A stretch of 28,222 bases of DNA. Origin: Clostridia bacterium (lineage in GTDB: Bacteria; Bacillota; Clostridia; Oscillospirales; Acutalibacteraceae). The stretch lies in NCBI GenBank assembly GCA_900768035.1, contig CAAGBH010000141.1:1-28222 (forward strand), in the 5' to 3' direction. The notes under the pieces are model-generated. The model ran no database searches and was not told the DNA's origin. It saw nothing but the letters and a program-made list of their open reading frames with translations. The translations under genes were made by a program, and so were the position numbers. This document shows, in pieces, positions 8,459 through 16,121 of the stretch (positions within the stretch are counted from its first letter, which is position 1; each line of letters begins with the position of its first letter).

Positions 8459-9643
8459 TTAAGAGTTCATTGCTCTGTCTAAATCATTGATTATATCATC
8501 AACATTTTCAATTCCCACCGACAAACGCAAGAAGCAGTCGGTTATACCCAAAGCGTCCTTAATTTCTTTCGGGGTGTCCTCGTGGGTTTGGGTGGTAGGA
8601 TAGGTTATAAGAGTTTCTGTTCCGCCGAGGCTTTCAGCAAACATAATCAAATCAACATTCTTTAAAATCTTCTTAACAGTTTCAAAAGAATCCACCGTAA
8701 AGGAAATCATACCGCCAAAACCTGTTGTTTGCTTTTTAGTAACCTCATAATCTTTATGGTCGGCGAAGCCTACATAGTAAACCTCTTTAACCTTTTCCTG
8801 TTTTCTGAGCCAATCGGCAACCTTTATTGCATTTTCATTGTGTTTTGCCATACGGACTGCAAGAGTTTTTATTCCCCTTAGCACAAGCCAAGAATCCATC
8901 GGCGCCAACTGACTTCCGTGAGACTTGATATGAACACGGATTTTAGCCGAAATATCTTCGTTATCCTTAACAACCACAATACCCGAAATAGTATCATTAT
9001 GACCGCCGAGGTATTTAGTTGAACTATGAGTTACAATATCTGCTCCCAACTTGAGCGGTTGTTGGAAATAAGGTGTCAAAAATGTATTATCAACAACAGT
9101 TAAGGCACCTATAGATTTTGCAATTTTCGAAAGTTCTTCTATATCGGCAACCTTCATCATAGGGTTGGTCGGAGTTTCGATGAAAAACATTTTGGTATTA
9201 GGAGTAATTGCATTTTTTACCGCCTGCAAATCAGACATATCAACATTAGTATGTGTAATGCCGTATTTGCCGAAAATATCATTAATAATTCGCAAAGTAC
9301 CGCCGTAAATATCGTCCGACATAACAACATGGTCGCCAACATTCAAAAGAGAAAAAACTGCCATATTAGCGGCTTGTCCGCTTGAAAAAGCAAAGCCTTT
9401 TATACCGCCCTCTAAAATAGCCATTGTTCGTTCTAATTCCTGTCTTGTTGGGTTCTCGAGACGGCTGTAATCAAACCCTGTTGAATTTCCAAGTTCCGGA
9501 TGGCGGAAAGTTGCAGACTGAAAAATCGGCATACTCACAGCACCTGTAAGCGGTTCTGTACCCAAAGCGCCGTGTACCGCCTTAGATTCGAAATGCAAAT
9601 CTTCCTTAGTGCTGAAATCTTTATAATTGCTAAAATTTTTCAT
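8459..9643 (-). CDS. PLP-dependent trans-sulfuration enzyme, cystathionine gamma-synthase (MetB/MetI)-like
   Basis: DYSRLENPT, ETPTNP, VDNTF, the PLP lysine in HSSTKYLGGH, FAESLGGTETLITYPTTQTH and RLSVGIE. ATG at 9643 with GAAGGTGG RBS. Confidence 0.88.
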   Translation of the reverse strand: MKNFSNYKDFSTKEDLHFESKAVHGALGTEPLTGAVSMPIFQSATFRHPELGNSTGFDYSRLENPTRQELERTMAILEGGIKGFAFSSGQAANMAVFSLLNVGDHVVMSDDIYGGTLRIINDIFGKYGITHTNVDMSDLQAVKNAITPNTKMFFIETPTNPMMKVADIEELSKIAKSIGALTVVDNTFLTPYFQQPLKLGADIVTHSSTKYLGGHNDTISGIVVVKDNEDISAKIRVHIKSHGSQLAPMDSWLVLRGIKTLAVRMAKHNENAIKVADWLRKQEKVKEVYYVGFADHKDYEVTKKQTTGFGGMISFTVDSFETVKKILKNVDLIMFAESLGGTETLITYPTTQTHEDTPKEIKDALGITDCFLRLSVGIENVDDIINDLDRAMNS

Positions 9644-9682
9644 CAAACTGCCACCTTCCAAAAAACACTATTATACATAATA

Positions 9683-9711
9683 ATTCTACCAAAGCGCTAT
9701 TAAAAAGTCAA
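9683..9711 (-). promoter_or_regulatory. SigA-type promoter of the metB-like/dapF/murE operon
   Basis: TTGACT (9711-9706), N17, TAGAAT (9688-9683) with an extended -10 TG; leader only about 35 nt. Confidence 0.7.
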
Positions 9712-9752
9712 GATATACTGCCTTATTGTTGCCCAATTTAAAAAAGTTATAC

Positions 9753-9787
9753 AAAAAAGGCCCGCACTTTAATAAAGTGCAGACCTT
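9753..9787 (-). terminator. Intrinsic terminator of degV
   Basis: Minus strand AAGGTCTGCACTTT-att-AAAGTGCGGGCCTT-TTTT (stem with G-U pairs). Confidence 0.8.
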
Positions 9788-9793
9788 AAAGAT

Positions 9794-10663
9794 TTATCTG
9801 TCATTACCTATAAAGAATATTGCCAATGTTCCGGGACCTGAATGAGAAACGATTACAGGGTCCAGACAATTGTATACAACATTATTAACATTATAGCGTT
9901 TTTTAACCTCTTCGCCGATAATCTTTGCTTCTTCTTCGCAGTCGCCGTGAACTATGAAAATATCCTGATTTTCAATATCAGTTCCCTTTTCGCCCACAGA
10001 CTCAATCAAATGATTAATAGCGGCTTTTCTGCCTCTTGCTTTACCCGTAACATAGAGTTTTCCGTCATTTGCAACATGCATTAAAGGTTTAATATTCATA
10101 AGCGAGCCTAAAACTGCGCTTGTTCCCGAAAGTCTGCCGCCTCTCTTTAAGAAAAACAAATCATCAAGGGTGAATATATGGCAGAATGAAAGTTTATTTT
10201 CTTCAACCCAAGAAGCCACTTCTTCGATTGATTTGCCTTCGTTTTTAAGTTTTACAGCATAATGAACAACCAATCCTTCACCCATTGAAGCCGCAAGTGT
10301 ATCAACAACCACAACTTTACGCTCGGGGAACATTTCACGGTAATCCTCTGCCGCATTAACAATATTTTGATATGTTCCTGAAAGCCCCGATGAGAATGCC
10401 AACACAAGCACGTCTTCACCGCTTTCTAAAATAGGCAATATTGTTTTATCACAGTCATCACGGTTTGCAAGAGAAGTTGTGATATTTCCTTTAGCACGCA
10501 AAATTTTATAAGCCTCAGAAAAATTAATCTCCTGTCCTTTTATGTAACTGTAATAATCCTTATCGTCCACAAAATATTTTAAAGAAATTACCTCAACATC
10601 ATATTCTTTAATTTGACTGTAAGTAAGGTTAGCGCAAGAATCAGTAATAATTTTATAACCCAT
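9794..10663 (-). CDS. DegV family fatty-acid-binding protein
   Basis: [44 protein letters not shown] and HSGPGTL. Confidence 0.93.
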   Translation of the reverse strand: MGYKIITDSCANLTYSQIKEYDVEVISLKYFVDDKDYYSYIKGQEINFSEAYKILRAKGNITTSLANRDDCDKTILPILESGEDVLVLAFSSGLSGTYQNIVNAAEDYREMFPERKVVVVDTLAASMGEGLVVHYAVKLKNEGKSIEEVASWVEENKLSFCHIFTLDDLFFLKRGGRLSGTSAVLGSLMNIKPLMHVANDGKLYVTGKARGRKAAINHLIESVGEKGTDIENQDIFIVHGDCEEEAKIIGEEVKKRYNVNNVVYNCLDPVIVSHSGPGTLAIFFIGNDR

Positions 10664-10693
10664 TTAAAAATTCCTCCTAAAAGCAATGTCAAC

Positions 10694-10723
10694 ATTATAC
10701 AAAACTATTATAGGCAATTTCAA
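10694..10723 (-). promoter_or_regulatory. SigA-type promoter for degV
   Basis: TTGAAA, N18, TATAAT upstream of an AGGAGG RBS. Confidence 0.45.
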
Positions 10724-10751
10724 TCTAAACTAATCATTTTAAATTCTACTC

Positions 10752-10793
10752 AAAAAACAACGGCAGTAGAGTTTTAAAACCAACTCTACTGCC
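10752..10793 (-). terminator. Intrinsic terminator of the B12-regulated operon
   Basis: 12-bp stem GGCAGTAGAGTT/AACTCTACTGCC followed by GTTGTTTTTT on the minus strand. Confidence 0.75.
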
Positions 10794-10805
10794 ATTAGAA
10801 TTTGC

Positions 10806-11315
10806 TTATTTTATCGCCTTTTCAAGCACCTTAGTGACCGGTTTATACAGCAAAAATGTTAAAACTATATTGCCTACGCCGTGAATCATATCAAAGCCCA
10901 GACCGCTTACAATATTAGCAATTCCATAAGCGAAACCGCCTATAAAGAAGTAAGGAACTGAACATAAAATTCCAAACAACAACCCAAAAACACCTGAAAT
11001 TAAGGTGTATAATATCTGACTATCTATTTTGCGCACCAAGCAGACCACAAGCGCAAGTATTGCCCAGATATAAAGATAATTCACAACCCACATAGAAAGC
11101 CCATAGGTTAAGATTTCACATCCCACAAATATGTATACCGATACAAGTGACTTCAATCCAAATTTCCGTGCAATAAAAATGGTCAAAAGCGAGACTAACT
11201 CGATATTCGGAAGTTGTGACATTATAACCTGTGAAACATACATCAAGACGCCTAAAAAGGTTAAAACAAGGGCTTGTTTTAAATTAACTCGGTGTGTGTG
11301 TAATTTCAAATTCAT
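10806..11315 (-). CDS. ECF transporter S-component, CbrT-like (cobalamin or corrinoid uptake)
   Basis: About 170 aa, very hydrophobic, with LPNIELVS and C-terminal FDMIHGVGN; lies downstream of a B12 riboswitch. Start uncertain (ATG 11315 or TTG 11309); either overlaps the upstream gene. Confidence 0.72.
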   Translation of the reverse strand: MNLKLHTHRVNLKQALVLTFLGVLMYVSQVIMSQLPNIELVSLLTIFIARKFGLKSLVSVYIFVGCEILTYGLSMWVVNYLYIWAILALVVCLVRKIDSQILYTLISGVFGLLFGILCSVPYFFIGGFAYGIANIVSGLGFDMIHGVGNIVLTFLLYKPVTKVLEKAIK

Positions 11316-11676
11316 CACCGTCTGCAATCGCAAGTTCATTGATACCAACCTGTGTCATTTCACCTGCTTTAGTTACGCACCACCAAGCCTTATCCAAATT
11401 ATAATCGGCTCTCACACCGTCAATATAAAGGTAATAGCCTGTTTTGTGTTCCTCGGGTTTAACAAGATTTTTCTCTAATAGTGCATCACCCAAAAACTCG
11501 GCATCTGTGGAAATTTCAAATTCTTTCTCGGTTTTGTCCTTATAAACAACCGTTACAATTATATCCTTATCACCGTTTTTAGTGTCAGGCTTTGTTACAA
11601 TAATAATTGCCGCAAAAGCCGCTATTATTACTGCACACACTATGCTTAGTGTGATTATAAGTCCCTTTCTTTTCAT
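11284..11676 (-). CDS. Membrane-anchored DUF4430 (transcobalamin-like beta domain) protein, putative corrinoid-binding
   Basis: N-terminal transmembrane/signal segment, then YIDGVRAD...AWWCVTKAGEMTQVGINELAIADGDEFEI, the DUF4430 pattern. AAGGAG RBS. Confidence 0.75.
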   Translation of the reverse strand: MKRKGLIITLSIVCAVIIAAFAAIIIVTKPDTKNGDKDIIVTVVYKDKTEKEFEISTDAEFLGDALLEKNLVKPEEHKTGYYLYIDGVRADYNLDKAWWCVTKAGEMTQVGINELAIADGDEFEITHTPS

Positions 11677-11726
11677 AAAAAAACTCCTTTTGTATTATTG
11701 TCCTAACAACGCCAATACAAAAGGAG
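11677..11726 (-). promoter_or_regulatory. Riboswitch expression platform: RBS-sequestering hairpin with a U7 tail
   Basis: Perfect 13-bp stem CTCCTTTTGTATT/AATACAAAAGGAG, followed by TTTTTTT and then the ATG. Confidence 0.75.
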
Positions 11727-11810
11727 ATATACATATAAAAAGAACGCCACAAAAGGAAGGCTTCTTCGCAACATACACCGTCAATTACTCGTGACACATT
11801 TGTACCGACA

Positions 11811-11990
11811 ATTGACAGCGAGTATTCCGACTTATTGTGCAAGGGGGTCTGTTCCTTTAATTCTTCGCCTTCCCGCAAAAGCAGTGACATAATGAAGAAT
11901 CTTAACACAAATTACGGCGACGAGTTCGCAGGGGAATTTCACCCCTATTCCAGTTTAAGAAAAGCGGTTTTGCGCTTTTCACTGCCAACC
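11811..11990 (-). ncRNA. Cobalamin (B12) riboswitch aptamer
   Basis: Minus strand: closing stem TTGGCAG/CTGTCAA; AAACTGGAA; AGGGGTGAAATTCCCCT T-loop stem; GCGA-ACTCG-TCGC-CGTAA; GTCACTG...GGGAAGGC; B12-box-like AAGTCGGAATACTCGC. Gene context fits. Confidence 0.88.
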
Positions 11991-12006
11991 TTTGCTAAGC
12001 ATTATG

Positions 12007-12035
12007 ATTTTAACAGCAAAAACGCCTGTTGTCAA
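12007..12035 (-). promoter_or_regulatory. SigA promoter of the riboswitch leader
   Basis: TTGACA (12035-12030, overlapping the ABC-F stop codon), N17, TAAAAT with an extended -10 TG. Confidence 0.75.
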
Positions 12036-13909
12036 CCCTCAACAAAACTCTCCCACTCGGAAAAAACTTCGTCGAGTTTTGTTTCCAAATCAATTTGCTC
12101 TTGCTGTAGTTCCGAAAGTTTGACATAATCTGAAATATTTTCAGGTTTTGAAAGTTCTGTTTCGATTTGCTTTATCTTTTCTTCAAGTGTTGCTATTTGT
12201 TGCTCTGCCTTTTTTATTGCTTTTTCTCTCTTGGCTTTTTCTTTCAAAGGGGTTGTATATGTCTTTTTCTCTTTTGGTTTTTCCTCTGTTTTAGGTTTTA
12301 CCACCGTTTTTTCTTTTTGAAGATATTGTTCATATCCGTAAGGGTAAAACTTAACGCCGTCATTTTCAAAAGACAAAAGCGAATTTGAAATTTCACGGAT
12401 GAAATATCTATCGTGCGAAACAAAAAGCACCGTTCCCTCAAACTGTTTCAAAATTTCTTCAAGGGTTTCCTTGCCGACGATATCCATATGGTTAGTCGGC
12501 TCGTCAAGGATTAAAAAGTTCGGTCGGCGCTTGAAGATTTTACAAAGTGCCAGTCTCACCCGTTCTCCGCCCGATAACATATCGACCGTTTTGAAAACAT
12601 CCTCACCGCTGAAAAGGAATGCACCCAACGCACTTCTCGCCTCAAAATCAGTAAGATTTGGAAACGCCTTTAAAAAATCCGCCAATACGGTATCACGGCT
12701 TGCATACTGTGCCATTTGCTGTTCGAAGTATCCAATACTAACTCTCGGTCCGAATTTAAACTCACCCGTCAAGGCGGGAATCTGCCCCATCAAAGTTTTA
12801 ATAAATGTCGATTTGCCGAGCCCATTACCGCCGATTATTCCAACCTTTTCTCCCCGCTTCATTTCAAGGTTTACAGTTGATAAAATACTGTCATATCCTA
12901 TGCCGAGTTGCTTAACCGATAAAACATCCTTAACACCTATATCAAGCGGTGTGAAATCAGTATGAAAAGTTTTCAAATCATAACTTTCGGGAGCGTCAAG
13001 TGTATCCATTCGCTCAATCTGTTTCAACTTGCTTTGCGCCATTGAAGCCTTGGTGGCTTTATAGCGAAATCTTTCGGCTAAATTTTCAAGCCTTTCTATT
13101 TCCTTTTTCTGCGCTGAATATTCCTTTGCCTGCCTTTCGCGAAGTTCCTTCTTTAAGGCCGAAAACTTAGAATAATTACCCGAATATTTATATGTCTTGC
13201 CGTGTTCTATTTCATAAACCGTATCAACAACATTATCCAAAAACATACGGTCATGCGAAACCACAACAAACGCCTTTTTATAATTTTTAAGATAATCTTC
13301 AAGCCAACCGACCGCCTCTATATCAAGATGGTTTGTAGGCTCGTCCAAAAGCAGAATATCCGGTTTTGACAAAAGCAATTTTAAAAAAGCAATCTTCGTC
13401 CTCTGTCCGCCCGAAAAGGCATACAAAGGTTTATGCTTTTCCTCGTCTGAAAAGCCAAATTTTTTGATAGCATTTTCATATTCCTTTTCAAAATAGAAAC
13501 CGCCGAGATTGGTGAAAGTATCAAGTAAATTTGTGTAATCCTTGATGTTTTCGGGTGTAGAATCTATTTCCATTAAGGCTTGCGCTTTATCAACACGCTC
13601 TTTCATATCTAAAATTTCACTATAAGCCGAGCGCACTTCCTCTAAAAGCGTCAGCGAGTCGTCGCTAAATGTCATCTGCGACAAAAAGCCTATTGTCACC
13701 CCGCCCGAAACCGCAAAAAATGCTTCGGTATCGCTATCTTGTTTTTGGATATTATATTCACCCGAAATCAGTTTTAAAAGGGTGGTTTTTCCACAACCGT
13801 TTCTGCCGACAACTGCAATTTTACTGTGGTCGTTAATCTCAAAGTTGACCGATTTTAAAATCGGTTCTCCCGATAATTCAACCACACCGTTTTGAATTTT
13901 AAGTTGCAT
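12032..13909 (-). CDS. ABC-F family ribosome-associated ATPase
   Basis: Two nucleotide-binding domains (GRNGCGKTT/FSGGQR/LDEPTNHLD and GGNGLGKST/LSGGER/LDEPTNHMD), an interdomain linker, a C-terminal coiled coil and no transmembrane segments. Confidence 0.92.
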   Translation of the reverse strand: MQLKIQNGVVELSGEPILKSVNFEINDHSKIAVVGRNGCGKTTLLKLISGEYNIQKQDSDTEAFFAVSGGVTIGFLSQMTFSDDSLTLLEEVRSAYSEILDMKERVDKAQALMEIDSTPENIKDYTNLLDTFTNLGGFYFEKEYENAIKKFGFSDEEKHKPLYAFSGGQRTKIAFLKLLLSKPDILLLDEPTNHLDIEAVGWLEDYLKNYKKAFVVVSHDRMFLDNVVDTVYEIEHGKTYKYSGNYSKFSALKKELRERQAKEYSAQKKEIERLENLAERFRYKATKASMAQSKLKQIERMDTLDAPESYDLKTFHTDFTPLDIGVKDVLSVKQLGIGYDSILSTVNLEMKRGEKVGIIGGNGLGKSTFIKTLMGQIPALTGEFKFGPRVSIGYFEQQMAQYASRDTVLADFLKAFPNLTDFEARSALGAFLFSGEDVFKTVDMLSGGERVRLALCKIFKRRPNFLILDEPTNHMDIVGKETLEEILKQFEGTVLFVSHDRYFIREISNSLLSFENDGVKFYPYGYEQYLQKEKTVVKPKTEEKPKEKKTYTTPLKEKAKREKAIKKAEQQIATLEEKIKQIETELSKPENISDYVKLSELQQEQIDLETKLDEVFSEWESFVEG

Positions 13910-13960
13910 TTTACCACCGCCTTTACATATTTAAAGGTGCCTTTAAAGACACCTTTGAAT

Positions 13961-14977
13961 TTATTTTATTTTTGCATTTTTATAAAGCAAATCAAGCACT
14001 TTATCGCTTACGATTTTACTTTCGAAACTGTATTCTCCGTAATATTCTTTAATCCTTTGGGCATCAACATCGGGACTGTTATATTCCTTAACCACTTTAT
14101 CAATCTCTTTATTGATTTCGTCTTTGGTTACAGAAAGTTTTTCTTTATCAAGAATTGCATAAAGCACCATGTTTTGCTCCATTACAGGTTTCACCTGTTG
14201 TGTCACTATGTTTTCCTTAAACTGTTCCTTAGTCTGTCCCATACTCTGCAAATATACTTCCATTGTAACATTATAACTGTTTTTGAGGGTTATTTCGTAA
14301 GAACTTAAAATTGCATTCGCAATAAGGTCAACATCTTCTTGCGGATAATCCTTAACCTTAGAAGATTCAATCACCTTACTATAAATAAACATTTCTACCG
14401 CTCTTTGCTTAACATCAGCATTATATTCTTCAACCGATTTGAAATCTAACTCTTTATAATAATCTTCGGCTTTCATTTTATCTTCTGTTGCAACATAATT
14501 TACCTTAACAGTAAATACAACCTTTGCGCCGTTGAGTTCTTCTTTGCCATAGTTTTCAGGGAATGTGAGATTAAGGTTAACCGTTGAGCCGATTTCCACA
14601 CCGATAAGTCCATCTTCGAAACCTGGAATAAATGAGCCCGAACCAATTTCAAGGTCATACCCTTGCGCCGTACCGCCCTCAAATGCTACGCCGTCTTTTT
14701 TGCCAACATAGTCAATATTAACAACATCGCCTTTTTGAACCTTACCCTTGGTCTTATTGACATAAAATTCATTTTCTTCTATATCCTGTTCAATCACAGC
14801 GTCGAAACATTCTTTAAATTTATCAGACGAAGTGTCAACTTCTACACCTTTATACTCACCCAATGTAACATATTTATCAAGATTTACATTATAAAGTATT
14901 CTTTCACTTTTCTTACCACAAGCGGACAAACAAACCATAAGTCCTAAAAGCAATAGCATAGATAAAATTCTTTTCAT
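13961..14977 (-). CDS. Lipoprotein trigger-factor homologue (FKBP-type PPIase plus trigger-factor C-domain; no ribosome-binding domain)
   Basis: Signal peptide with lipobox LSAC (Cys20); trigger-factor-type FKBP domain GDVVNIDYVGKKDGVAFEGG..LEIGSGSFIPGFEDGLIG..TFPENY; helical C-terminus. Confidence 0.82.
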   Translation of the reverse strand: MKRILSMLLLLGLMVCLSACGKKSERILYNVNLDKYVTLGEYKGVEVDTSSDKFKECFDAVIEQDIEENEFYVNKTKGKVQKGDVVNIDYVGKKDGVAFEGGTAQGYDLEIGSGSFIPGFEDGLIGVEIGSTVNLNLTFPENYGKEELNGAKVVFTVKVNYVATEDKMKAEDYYKELDFKSVEEYNADVKQRAVEMFIYSKVIESSKVKDYPQEDVDLIANAILSSYEITLKNSYNVTMEVYLQSMGQTKEQFKENIVTQQVKPVMEQNMVLYAILDKEKLSVTKDEINKEIDKVVKEYNSPDVDAQRIKEYYGEYSFESKIVSDKVLDLLYKNAKIK

Positions 14978-14979
14978 TT

Positions 14980-16107
14980 TTATTCTCCTGTCTCTTTCAA
15001 TTCGCCTTTTGAAAATGATTTTAAATAAGCATTGATAAACCCATCAAGGTCGCCGTCCATAACAGCGTTTATATTGCCCGATTCAAAACCTGTTCGGTGG
15101 TCTTTTGCAAGAGTGTAAGGCATAAAGACATACGACCTTATCTGCGAACCCCAAGCAATTTCCTTTTGAACGCCCTTAATATCTTCGATTTTTTCAAGAT
15201 GCTCACGCTCTTTGATTTCAAGAAGTTTTGATTTTAGCATTCGCATTGCCTGTTCTCTATTCTGGAACTGACTTCTTTCATTCTGACACGCAACCACTAT
15301 TCCCGTAGGGATATGGGTTAAGCGCACCGCTGACGAAGTTTTATTTATATGCTGACCGCCCGCACCTGACGAACGGAAAACATCCATTTTAATGTCCTCT
15401 TCCCTGACTTCAATGTTCATATCGTCAGTGATTTCAGGCATAACTTCTAATGATGCAAAAGAGGTGTGGCGTCTGCCCGAAGCATCAAACGGAGAAACAC
15501 GCACAAGACGGTGAACACCCGATTCGCTCTTTAAATATCCGTAAGCATTCTCGCCCTCAATAAGCACCGTAGCGCTTTTAAGCCCTGCCTCGTCACCGTC
15601 GAGGAAGTCGAGAACTGAAGTTTTAAATCCGTGACGCTCGGTCCAACGGGTATACATACGAACAAGCATTGAAACCCAGTCCATAGCCTCTGTTCCGCCA
15701 GCACCCGCATGGAAAGTTATGATTGCATTATTCTTATCATACTCACCCGTAAGCAAGGTGCTAAGTCTCAGAGATGCAAGACCGCTTTCAAATTCGTTTA
15801 GCGTATTTTCTATTTCCTCAATTAATGAAAGGTCTTGCTCCTCGTCACCCATTTCAATCAAAACAGATAAATCTTCATAGGTTGAACATAAACTATCATA
15901 GGTTTCAACCGTATTTTTGAGTTTACCTGTTTTTTGAAGAATCTTTTGCGATTTTTCCATATCATCCCAAAATTCAGGGGCGCTCGCCTTGGTCTCAAGT
16001 TCTTCAATTTCAGAACAGAGTCTGTCATAACCTAAAGCATCTTTAAGGTCGTGAAGTTCATCAGTATTCGCTTCAAGCCTTAACTTTAACTGCTCAAATT
16101 CAAGCAT
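14980..16107 (-). CDS. prfB: Peptide chain release factor 2
   Basis: SPF recognition motif (RVSPFD), GGQ and WGSQIRSY. ATG at 16107 with AGGAGA RBS; single uninterrupted frame. Confidence 0.96.
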   Translation of the reverse strand: MLEFEQLKLRLEANTDELHDLKDALGYDRLCSEIEELETKASAPEFWDDMEKSQKILQKTGKLKNTVETYDSLCSTYEDLSVLIEMGDEEQDLSLIEEIENTLNEFESGLASLRLSTLLTGEYDKNNAIITFHAGAGGTEAMDWVSMLVRMYTRWTERHGFKTSVLDFLDGDEAGLKSATVLIEGENAYGYLKSESGVHRLVRVSPFDASGRRHTSFASLEVMPEITDDMNIEVREEDIKMDVFRSSGAGGQHINKTSSAVRLTHIPTGIVVACQNERSQFQNREQAMRMLKSKLLEIKEREHLEKIEDIKGVQKEIAWGSQIRSYVFMPYTLAKDHRTGFESGNINAVMDGDLDGFINAYLKSFSKGELKETGE

Positions 16108-16121
16108 AAATTTTCTCCTAA

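Noticed and set aside
11585..12128. ORFs 11585-11908 (-), 11582-11794 (+) and 11835-12128 (+)
   Set aside because: They overlie the cobalamin riboswitch, its promoter and real genes; the RNA structure explains the region better.
12399..12965. 188-aa antisense ORF within ABC-F; also the similar shadows at 16222-16839, 22452-23018, 23638-24168, 7561-7995 and other short ones
   Set aside because: Antisense or alternate-frame shadows of well-supported genes, with no recognisable domains.
12032..13909. ABC-F as an antibiotic-resistance (ARE) factor
   Set aside because: Housekeeping context and no attenuator; the subfamily cannot be assigned without an HMM search.
13931..13958. Hairpin AAAGGTG...CACCTTT between the trigger-factor-like gene and ABC-F
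   Set aside because: No U-tract on the coding strand and no leader peptide, so neither termination nor antibiotic-responsive attenuation is supported.
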